This document shows, one piece after another, positions 51,861 to 62,313 of a DNA stretch of 64,000 bases (position 1 is the first letter of the stretch; every line of letters starts with the position of its first letter). Source of the stretch: Eledone cirrhosa (taxonomy: Eukaryota); contig OZ024740.1 in the NCBI GenBank assembly GCA_964016885.1, forward strand, positions 155,062,001 to 155,126,000, written 5' to 3'. The notes below the pieces were generated by a model. It was not told where the DNA came from, searched no databases, and saw nothing but the letters and a program-made list of their open reading frames with translations. A program made the translations under genes and the position numbers.

Positions 51861-52041
51861 TCGCTAAATACTGATTCATATTTGTTTTATACGTACATTT
51901 GTGACTTTCTTGGTGACACTATTATTTTATTTTTCAAACACAACATATTTATGTATACATAGACACATATATATTTATGTATACATATGATTGTCAAAAT
52001 AAATATCAACTACACACAAAGATTGTATATAGATATGCAGG

Positions 52042-52075
<34 letters not shown>

Positions 52076-52809
52076 GTGTTTGTGGGTATAATACTAACAA
52101 GTTATAAAGTCTCTCGCAGTAAATTTCGTAACATGAACAGCAAAGTGAGCTTAATTAAACACTTTCTTGTATTGAAAAACTTCTTAAAATATCAATGTTC
52201 TGAAAGCAGCCTAAAAAAACATTGGTCATTGCCGCACCTCTTCAAACTAACACGCATACATACATAGAATCTTTTCACAAATATTGTCTGTCATTATACT
52301 AATTAATTGAAAATATTATTAGATTCTGGCCATAACTATCAAATAAAATTTTAAAAATTGACAAGAACTTGGAAAGTGACAATTTTGATTTCGCTTGTCC
52401 CAGATTCTCATTGGGTATCCGACAAAAAAATGCTTTGGGTTATTTAGTTCGGTTCTGAGTTCAGATCTCACAAAGGTCGACATTGCTTTTTCATAATTCC
52501 AAGAGTCTTTAGAATAAATACCAGTCATGAACTGGGTTAAACTAAACTGTTCCTTCATCGTATAGTTATGGCCTTGAGCCAAAGTTAGAAATCTCTATTA
52601 ACCTTTCACAATATTTTATTTTCGAGTATCATTGACAATAGAGCTTGGGAATAAAAAATGAAATATCTCATCGCATTCATTGGATTAACTTAGCATACAC
52701 CAACTCATTTGTACTCATACACACGAGACTTACTCTAATTCTTATCACAGCATACTCTAACCCATATATATATATATAGGAAATATGTTTAGAGAGCGGA
52801 GTTTGAAAA

Positions 52810-53030
52810 TTGAAGTAGAAGGCTTCGCTGTAACTTATTCTCTAAATAAAGTAGTCTATAACAGGGCGTATACACCCACTGGACGGGATAAAGTGGGTAT
52901 CAGCACTCATGGGAGTTGAACCCACACCTCCTGTTCGATTCCAATGTGTGCTGATACCCATCTTTTTCTGTTCAGCGGATTATACGCCCCGTTATTACTA
53001 TCTAGTCAAAAAGTTACGGCGAACCTTCTA

Positions 53031-53037
<7 letters not shown>
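52810..53037 (+). repeat. Long imperfect fold-back (rod-like hairpin) between (TA)n tracts
   Basis: Nested pairings TTGAAGTAGAAGG/CCTTCTATTTTAA, TTCGCTGTAACTT/AAGTTACGGCGAA, GGGCGTATA/TATACGCCC, TGGGTATCAGCAC/GTGCTGATACCCA and GGAGTTGAAC/GTTCGATTCC. Confidence 0.8.
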
Positions 53038-53090
<53 letters not shown>

Positions 53091-53091
<1 letters not shown>

Positions 53092-53279
53092 TCCCGGGTT
53101 CAATCGAAGGTAACCACAGTAAGTAAGGAACTCAATACATTAGTAGAGTGTATACAACAAAGTTAATATAGAAATGGCTTCTACAGAACTAGAACTTTCA
53201 TTCGAAGGAAATTTCCCGATGATTGCCTTCGAATGAAACAGTTCTAGTCATGTAGTAGCCATTTCTATATTAAATTTGT

Positions 53280-53285
<6 letters not shown>
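53091..53285 (+). mobile_element. Unclassified head-plus-palindrome element, type 2
   Basis: Head of about 60 bp, then palindrome 53151-53285, flanked by microsatellites. A decayed relative of the hairpin lies at 34630-34740. Confidence 0.6.
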
Positions 53286-53314
<29 letters not shown>

Positions 53315-53365
53315 ACTGTACCGATTGTGTTGTTATTTCTGTTTACCTTTTACATACATATATAT

Positions 53366-53624
53366 ATAGGAGAAAATATGACCCCGACGGCAGAGCTCAA
53401 GCCGTTTCGACGGCTATTTCTGAACTAAAGTAAGAGTTTTTTTAGTCGAAAGTAGGAGTTTTTTTACTAAAAAAACTCTTACTTTAGTCCAGAAATAGCC
53501 GTCGAAACGGCTTGAGCTCTGCCGTCGGGGTCATATTTTCTCCTATTACCCACTCTACTACCCTAAGTATTGAGTACTCTGGTGTGTTATGGTCCATCTG
53601 GTTCCTTACCACAACTCCTCCGTT
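53366..53624 (-). mobile_element. Unclassified head-plus-palindrome element, type 1 (longer hairpin)
   Basis: Near-perfect inverted repeat 53366-53546 plus the reverse complement of the 34003-34080 head; flanked by (TA)n and (CA)n. Confidence 0.7.
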
Positions 53625-54026
53625 ACACACACACACACACGTGTGTGTGTGTACAATGAATATGGTGAATCAGATGAGGCATTCTTCTTCGCCCACTTAT
53701 TCCAGAGAGGGTCTTTGATAAAATGGAGTAGCACTAAAGTACTACGATCTATTCCTATAAAATATCATAAATGTGAATGAACTAATCGAAGAGTGAAAAT
53801 TGATAACTTCTTTCTGGGTGTCTGTAAAATTGCTTATTCAATCATGACATAGAGAAAGCTTTTGTACTGCCGTTTGATCTGCTAGAAATACCAAGCTGGT
53901 CTTCAAATCAATCTTTAAAACGGGACTTACAGGATAATGTAATCTCAGATAGGTTGTTAGAATAAAAGACCGAACTGGTCAGAGTGAGAATGTCTTTCAT
54001 CGTAGGATTGTCTGTTCTATCAAGGA

Positions 54027-54205
54027 CAGTGCTGGATTTACCATTGTGCTTTAGCACAGGGCCCCGTTGACCATATGGGTGGGGTGGGAGGGGAGGCATC
54101 TTCCTGCCAAACATTTTTTATGATGAATTACCTCCTTCAGGACCCAAGTAAGGGGCCTCATAACTTAACTAGCAGATAGCCTCATTTGTCCTAAATCCGG
54201 CACTG
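54027..54205. mobile_element. hAT-like MITE
   Basis: TIR CAGTGCTGGATTTA / TAAATCCGGCACTG with 8-bp TSD atcaagga / atcaggga. Confidence 0.75.
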
Positions 54206-54636
54206 ATCAGGGACGACCTGAGATTAAACAACTGCAGTAAGAGTTGTCAAAACTCCGTCGGGTGGTTTAAAGGCTAATTAATTGTTTCTACTTTTGGCAC
54301 AAGGCCAGTTATTATACCAGTGTATTACTGGTACTTTATTTTATCGACCCCGTAAGGATGAAAAGCAAAGTTAACCTCGGCGGGATTTGAACTCGGATAA
54401 TAATAGTTTTCGTTTAGTTACACATACAGAACCACCACCACCTGACTGTTTAGTGACTTTGGCAGTGTCCACTACACACTTTCGGGTCGGGTTTACAATC
54501 AGAAAATAACTATTTCGGTTTGTTGCTTCCAACGGCAACAATTCATCACTCGTTTCTTCCCCTCATCCCACTAACAATAACCTCGTAATACCTGCAAAAA
54601 ACGCCATGGGCGCACTCTTGTTTTCTCTGACTCAGC

Positions 54637-54699
<63 letters not shown>

Positions 54700-55759
54700 T
54701 ACATTGGCCCCTCAACTCATAACAGTGTCGTAGAGTAGCCGTCTCGTCATAGGGCGTGTCTTGGACATTTTAAACCTGACTGAGCCCATCCTACTCCAGT
54801 TTTGACTACAGGCGATCTCCTCCAAAGAGAGAAAGAAAGTATCGATCGCAGTCTATGTACTTATTGATCCCAAAGGGATGAAAAGCAACGTTGACTTCGG
54901 CAGTAGAGTACAGATGACGAAAACGAATACTGCGAGGCATTCTATCCGACACTAACGAATCCGTCAACTCTCTCTCTCTCACACAATGTCTACAAACGTC
55001 TAAATTTATACAAAGCTTGACACTCGAATAACACCCGAAATGTTGACAAAATGCCGATACTTCTTTACAAGAGTGATAATTATTTTAAGATCTCTTTAGT
55101 GTGCTGAGGCAGTCACTGTGCATGTGACCTCGTAATCTATTTATATTTTGGGGTGGACTCCCACCCCACCCTTCCACATTTCCAATGTGTCACAAGATGT
55201 TTTATATCATCATACGACATTCTTCCTGTGACAAACATGACCACATGAGATTGATTACGCAAACATAGTCGTTGTGTGTGGGAAGATTAAATTTATTCGG
55301 GTCGCTGTGGAATAAGAAACTTCCTGAAACAGTTATAGTTGTTGTTTGGCATCAGGTCAGTCCTGATCGAGCAGACTATATAATGTTTCCTATTTAGGCA
55401 CAAGGCCAATAATTGGGGGGAGAGGAAAGTCGATTAAATCGAATCAGTGCGTTACTGGTACTTTTTAGTTATCGACTCTTTAAGGATGAAAAGCAAACCT
55501 AACCTCGACTTAAAGGGACATAACTCTATGCAGCAAAGAATGTTGTCCGACACTACTGATAATACCAATAACGCATTTCACTCATGGCCATCCCATCGTT
55601 TTCCTATATTCAGGTAACTTAGGGCAGCATAATCCAACGTGTTCTTTTCTAGGATGTGATTTGATGGAGATCTGGCTAATATATTTAGCAGGCCGAATGA
55701 TCACATGGGTCGCTAACATAATGTTGATTTGTATTTTATGAAAATATTAGCTGTTATTA

Positions 55760-55960
55760 TTTGACACCAGGGCAGCTCTGATTAAGCAGATATATGATTA
55801 AAGGCATCCCAACCGTGACCATGCTCTTTGTTTTGCACTCATAGAGTATCTAAAGCTACATTATCCATTGTGTTCTTCGTTTTTCCTTTTTAAGATGGTC
55901 TGGTGGGTGGTATTTAGTGAGATTTGGTTGCTATTTCTAATATCTCAAACGACTGGATAG
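55760..55960 (+). repeat. Abundant unclassified ~200-bp interspersed repeat (representative copy)
   Basis: Motifs CAGACCTATGATCAAAGGCATTCCA...GACCAT...GCTACATTATCCA...GTGATTTGAGGGAGATTTGGCTGCTATTTCTA recur near 24470-24860, 28300-28470, 36030-36190, 45590-45880, 46930-47060, 47410-47560, 48870-49090 and 53870-54020. Confidence 0.55.
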
Positions 55961-56217
55961 AATAATTTGTTGTTGCTTAACCGCAGATCAGCCTTGATGA
56001 GGCAGCCCACTGATGAAATACACTTCAGCTTTGACCATTCTGTCTTTTATTCAGACTCAGTCTATCTAAGTCTCCACAAGGGTGAAGTAGTAGTAGTTAT
56101 GTCAGAGGTCAAGTCTGAGTGAAAAGAACTATGATGCACAGCTGTAAAGAAAATCTAATGAATTAAGAACTTATTACGAGGAATATGGCATAAGTAAATC
56201 CAAAGTTCTAAAGGTTT

Positions 56218-57225
56218 GTCATCATTTTACACCTGCCTTCCATGCTGGCATGGGTGGGTGTGCTGTCACTGTGAGGCTTCATAGGTCAAAGAGCCTTCAT
56301 CTTCCTCATGACACCAACACTAGAGAAGTTATCATGTACAGCCAGACTGAAGAATCCTCTCTACCCTATACTGTCTTTCATCACCAAGAGTGTACTGGAT
56401 ACATTCTATTATGTCTCTAATTTCTCCCCGTATTCACCTTTAGTGTTGCAGTTCTTGTACTGGTGGGTGGATCCTTTGTAGTACAGTAAATCACTAGTCA
56501 ACTCAATCCTGTCATCTCCCTCGTGAAGTTCAACTTCTTGGAGTCATTCTTCACAACTTTGTCTCATCTTTTCTTTGGTTTCCTTCTGCCATAAGTTCAC
56601 TCCACTTTCAGTACTTGGCATTTCTTTATACAGCTCTTGCTCCCCATATGCATCACATGACCATACCAGTGCAATCACTTCTCTTGTATACTGTGTTCTA
56701 TTCTTCTTATACTTGGCTTTTCCCTCAATTCACTAGTGCTCTGTTGTTCATGTACACATCCAGTAGAACATACAGGCCTCATTCCTGTCAAGCCACCACA
56801 ATTTTTTTGCGTAGAGGGCTCATGTCTGATTGCGTGCAGCATAGCGATCCAAATACAAATCTTATATAATCTGCCCTTCAAACAGAGAGAGAGGCCTTTT
56901 TTGGCCAGTGGAGGTATCAGTAACCTGAACCTTTTCCACCTGGTTCTTGCTCTGGCTATAACATTTTCAGTACATCCACTGCCACTACTAAGGTCACCTA
57001 AATAGCAAAAGCTTTCAACTACTCCTAGTGAGCCTTCTGAATATTTGGTAGAGTATATTTTGGGGGTACCCATCCTGCTGGCTACTGTTATGCACCTGTC
57101 AAATATGAAGTCTACTTTCTCAGTTTGCCTAACCATAATCCCACTACATCTTATGTGTTCGTTATTCACAATGGGTACCTATGCCTTTCTGCATATTGGG
57201 CATGGCCATTTTCCTAATGATATGA
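56218..57225 (-). mobile_element. RTE LINE 3' fragment, heavily decayed
   Basis: ORF 56675-57169 has FCYLGD..GSGCTE..ARARTRWKRFR..KGLSL.LKGRLY, plus the terminal CCCATGCCAGCATGGAAGG motif. Confidence 0.8.
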
Positions 57226-57259
57226 AAACCTTCCATCATGATTTTATATCAGAACATGT

Positions 57260-57468
57260 TTCACCCTTTAGCATTTAACATTATTCTATATTTTCTATTG
57301 TATTTTCATAGTAAAGGCACATAATATCAAAGCTATGAGATTTTGATGTTATTTATATTGAGAACAATACTTTAACATTGGTATGAGTGGCAGGTTACAG
57401 CCAATTTGAATAGAAAGAAGTAAGAGAATTCTGGCCGAATGCAGCCGGTTTAAATGCTAAAACGTTAA
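57260..57468. mobile_element. piggyBac-like MITE family A
   Basis: CCCTTTAGCATTTA...TAAATGCTAAAACGTTAA. Confidence 0.8.
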
Positions 57469-58532
57469 ATAATTCCCCAAGCAACACCTTAATAATGAAA
57501 GAGTTAGTTATATTACTAAATTTTATATCATTTTTAAAATAAATTGAAACACATTGACAGTCTTTCATTAGAAATGTAACAAAAGGTTTAACCTCAAACA
57601 TTCCACCTTCATATACCCCACTACTTATATTACTATAACCACCAGACACAATAACAACAACACTGCCTGATGCCCTTGTTAAAAGAAGGCAGACCAATGG
57701 ACTTGATTGACAACATGATCCTTCCCACAGGACACAGCAACTATTGAATATAAGCTGATAGGCAGTAAAATTGTAAGAACTCAACAAGTATATATTTAAG
57801 TTTCATTTGTTCTACTATAACTTCTTTGTGAATTGCTAGGTGGTTTATTGGCAGAATTGCTAGAGTATGGGACAAAATACTTTGAGGTATTTGTATTGAC
57901 TCCCTGTGCCCTAAGTTTCACTTCTGCCAAAGTCAGCTTTGCTTTTCATCCTTTTGTGGTCAATGAAATAAAGTACCAGCCAAGGGAGGTGAATTGACAA
58001 ATGTGATGCTTTGCTGTATCTATTCTGGCGCTGGACTACGTTAAATCTCATTGTAACCAACTAAAGTGATAGACTTAATCCATTGCCCAGGTCAATACTT
58101 CTGGCTTTTAGGTGGCTTTAGCAGAGCTCACTCCTTTGCAAGCATTTGGACCAGATTTCTGGAGTTTGAAGGTACCTTCCTCCCTGACTAAACTGGTGGA
58201 GGTAAAGGAGAAGTTATGACTCGTGCATTACTGCAGTAGAAAGCTTCCCACTGCAGTATTGAGTTACTTTCAAATCATACACTTATCCTAAATGCTTGCA
58301 ACAAGATCAACTCGGAAGATAACCAATGTTCAAGTGGTGGTGTTAAACATAGACAACTATGAAGTCTCCTATTCATGCTGTGTCCTCCAATCCCATGTAG
58401 TTTCAGATTTAGTCCCACTGCATGGCACCTTGGTAAAGTGGCTTCTTACCTAGATTGTCTGAATAAAAGACTGGGTGGTCATAGCTGGAACCACTGTCAT
58501 CATGAGCCTGCTCAATCAGAACTGAACTTGAG

Positions 58533-58760
58533 TTAACTCTTTTGCATTTACATTACTCTATATTTTCTAGTGTATTTTCATGGTAAAGCCTTTACTTCAT
58601 ATAATTATCTCACATAATATCGAATCTATGAGATTTTGATATTATTTATTTTGAGAACAATACCTTAACATCAGTATGAGTGGCTGGTTACAGCCAGTTT
58701 GAACAGAAAGAAGTGAGAGAATTCTGGCCGGATACGGCTGGTTTAAATGCTAAAGGGTTA
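58533..58760. mobile_element. piggyBac-like MITE family A
   Basis: Full-length match to the other copies. Confidence 0.8.
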
Positions 58761-59574
58761 CACAACCACATTTGTTAGACAGAAATAGATAGAGAATGAG
58801 AATGAGGGAATGGTTGGAGAGTGCTACCAAATTCTTGTTTGATTTATGCAACTTTCTTCTGCTGTACAAGATTTTATGTAACACTACATACAATAATCTT
58901 TTATGTTAGAAGCAGGATGACTAAATAGATTAAACACTAAACTACCAAGTCATATGGCACAGGTTTAAATTTACTGAAAACTGTTGTGTTCTGATCAATA
59001 TAAACACAATTCCATATTACTTTGATTCAATTAGCTGCCAAAAATAGAAAATGTTGCCCGAAATAGACTGGTGTCCTATCCAGGGTGAACATTTCTCATT
59101 GTTTTGTTTAACTCTCTTATGACTATGGGATTTACTAAAATTATTGCTTTATTATTAAGATGGTGTTTGTAACAAAACTTAAGAAAAGGTTCTTGAATTA
59201 TGTTGAATCATTTTAATTTAAATAGGAACTCTTTAAAATGGGTGTTTTTGTTTCATAGATACTGAGGCAGTTTGGTCAGGTTATCAAAAGGGTTAAACCA
59301 TCTTACTGAGAAACACTCATTCACATAAAAGAAAGTTTCCAAAAGAACCAAAGCTAGTGATGGACATGAGAGGTCAACTTTTGAAAGTTTGATAATCTCT
59401 CTCTCTCAAAGGTTTCACCTATGAATTCAACAGGGTTTCTAAGATTAGTATATGAAAGGAAGGAAAATTCATGACTTGTGGGTTGCTACAGTAGGAGAGC
59501 AGCAATAGAACAGATATTCAGTCTTTTCAAAAGAATCAACGCTGTTAAAAATATTTAGGGATCAAGTTGTAATC

Positions 59575-59815
59575 TTAACCCTTTTGATACCAACCCGCCC
59601 AAAACCACTACTTCTTCTATGGAGCAAAACCACCCATTTTAAAGAGTTCCTGATTAAAATAACATCTTCCAACATAATTTGATATCAGAACCTTTTGTTA
59701 AGTTATACTACAAATAGCATTTTAATAGTGAAATAATTACTAATTTTAGTAAATTCCTCCAAATTCTTCGTTAATTAATTCAACCACATTAGAAATATGG
59801 TAACAGAACTGTTAA
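59575..59815. mobile_element. Older piggyBac-like MITE family B (representative copy)
   Basis: TTAACCCTTTTGATACCAACC...AGAAATATGGTAACAGAACTGTTAA. Decayed relatives lie near 21241-21465, 23330-23572, 25507-25820, 28545-28724, 35654-35888, 36894-37148, 39731-39978, 59105-59296 and 59829-60040. Confidence 0.65.
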
Positions 59816-60265
59816 AACAGGATAAAGATTAATCCTTTTGATACTAAACTGACAGATATTGTATCTGGTTTTATGATGGAAAACTTTATTTTAAAGTGTC
59901 CATAATTTCATGTAAGAACTTATGTTCATATTGAACCTATGAGAAAGTTTGTTATATTACTAAATCCCTCCAAATGCTTAACTATGTTCAAAATTATTTG
60001 AAAATCATATACAGCACCTTTCATGAGAAATATGGTCCACCATTTAATTACATGTACAATCCATTCACCAAGCTTCCATACAGTTTCTGTCTGTCGAATT
60101 TCACTCTCAAGGTTTGGGTCAATGTAAGGTTATGGTAGAAAACATTTGCCCGAGATGTGACACAGTGAGGGTTGAACTTGGAACCGCATAACTACATTGT
60201 CACGCTTACATACAAAACAGGTGTAAAACATAATTTATAGGGAAGGAGTGTGTAGTATATCTGAG

Positions 60266-60473
60266 TTAACCCTTTAGCATTTAAACTGGCCATATCCAGC
60301 CAGAATTCTCTCACCTCTTTCTGTTCAAACTGGCTGTAACTGGCCACTCATAGTGATGTTAAGGTATTGTTCTCAAAATAGATAATATCAAAATCTCATA
60401 GATTCAATATTATGTGACTTAACCATGAAAATATAATAGTAAATATAGAGTAATGTAAATGCTAAAGGGTTAA
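60266..60473. mobile_element. piggyBac-like MITE family A
   Basis: TTAA TSD and perfect TIRs. Confidence 0.85.
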
Positions 60474-60978
60474 TGAATTAGGATGTTGAGCTCACAATTA
60501 TAAGGTATGCCTGCATACAAAAGAGATGTAAAAAAAATACAATTTATAATTAAGGAAGGAGTGTGTAGTAGTTAGAATATTGAGCTCACAATCATGAGGT
60601 TGTGTGTTCAATTTCCTGATTGAGCAGTGCATTATATCCTTGAACAAGCCATTTGATTTTACATTGCTCCAATCTGCTCAGCTGAAAAAATTAGTATCAT
60701 CAACAGCTGGGGATTAACTCTGCAATGACTGGTGTCCTATCCCAGAGTGAATCATGTACCCAAAGTCACTTAATGACATATGACTCCAGTATAAGCTCCA
60801 GCCTGATGAGCCTAAGGATTCAAGAAAGCCTTTAATCTTATTTTATTAGCCTTAGAATTACCAAAAAGCAAGAATACACATTGGTACTTCAACACAGAAC
60901 TATGAAGCACTGTGAACTAAATTGCAAAAATTACCACAAAGAATTTCTACTGTTACAATTACTGCTGACGTTTTAATT

Positions 60979-61125
60979 TTGTAATATGTCAGTGACATGA
61001 GCTATAGTTGTAATATGTCAGTGACATGAGCTATAGTTGTAATATGTCAGTGACATGAGCTATAGTTGTAATATGTCAGTGACATGAGCTATAGTTGTAA
61101 TATGTCAGTGACATGAGCTATAGTT
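60979..61125. repeat. Minisatellite, 5 perfect copies of a 29-bp unit
   Basis: TTGTAATATGTCAGTGACATGAGCTATAG x5, without spacers. Confidence 0.95.
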
Positions 61126-61736
61126 ATGAAAATCAATGTATTTGTTATCATAAATGTATTTATTTATGTTTCAAGTATGAATATAGTTTAGATTAAAAAC
61201 CAACAACAAACATCTGCAGTTGAATAGTTTAGCAGGTTTCACTGATTCTTATTAATCTCCTCCATACTGGCATGGGTAGGATGACTTTCGAAAACATGGC
61301 TGTGTGTTTAAGAAGTTCTCTTTCAGCCATGTGGTTTGGAGTTCAATCTCATTGTGTGACATCTTGAGCAAGTGTCTTTTACTATAGCTTTGGGCTGACC
61401 AATAATTCACGAGCGAGTGAATTTGATAGATGGAAGTCTCTCTCTCACATATATGTATATACCTATCTAACTCATTCTAGCATGGAAAGTGGACATTATT
61501 AAACGATGATGATGATATATATATATAGTTTAGAATAAAACCTTACACCAGTGGTAAATGTAAACATTTACCATTGATGTAAGGTTACATACAAAATAAC
61601 TCGAAGATGTAAAAAGGGTTCTTGTATTTTTATTAATTCTGATGGATCCAATCATTTGTTCATATAATTAATTAACCAATAATTAATTATATTTTATAAG
61701 TTGGAAGAAACGTGCATTAATCAAAATATAATATAA

Positions 61737-62194
61737 CTAGCTGAGGTACCCAGCTTCGCCCAGGAGAACAGTTAAGAGAAGATGGATAAAAGAAAAAACG
61801 ACTGTATTGGATGTGTTGTCTGGTATGAGGTGAGACCATAGTGTGTGCCAGTGTGTGTGAGAGAGACAACAAAAAAAAACAATCATAAAACTTCCTTATT
61901 AGGCTGGGGGGAGTAAATACCGATTACATGGTAGCATTGGCCTTGTATTTTAAATGTTGTGAAATAACCATAGTTAGTATGATCTTTTTCAGCTCCAAAG
62001 GACGTCATCTGAAACACAGCAATATACCACATAACGTTGCTCCTGAAGTGTTTAGCTGTATAACGGCCTCTCTCTCTCTTTCTGCCTATGCCTCTGTGTC
62101 TCCTCTCTCTTTAGATGTGTATGTATTTGTGTGTGTGTGTGTAGTTTTCGTGCGATTCAACCAATATATATCTTTCTTTTATATTATATATAGA
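61737..62194 (-). mobile_element. Non-autonomous Helitron
   Basis: Minus strand starts A|TCTATATATAATATAAAAG and ends with the hairpin-like CCTGGGCGAAGCTGGG then TACCTCAGCTAG|T: 5'-TC, 3'-CTAG, AT target, no TSD, internal microsatellites. Confidence 0.7.
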
Positions 62195-62265
62195 TATAAA
62201 TAAAGTCTTTGTATATGTACATATTTATATATATATATACACACACACACATGTGTATATATACA

Positions 62266-62309
<44 letters not shown>

Positions 62310-62313
<4 letters not shown>

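Noticed and set aside
60800-60832. CTGATGAGCC...GAAA as a hammerhead
   Set aside because: It is the 3' end of a SINE also seen at about 25310 and 42340, and stems I and III are lacking.
60979-61125. CRISPR-like appearance of a 29-bp palindromic repeat
   Set aside because: Units are directly adjacent with no unique spacers, there are no cas genes, and the context is eukaryotic.
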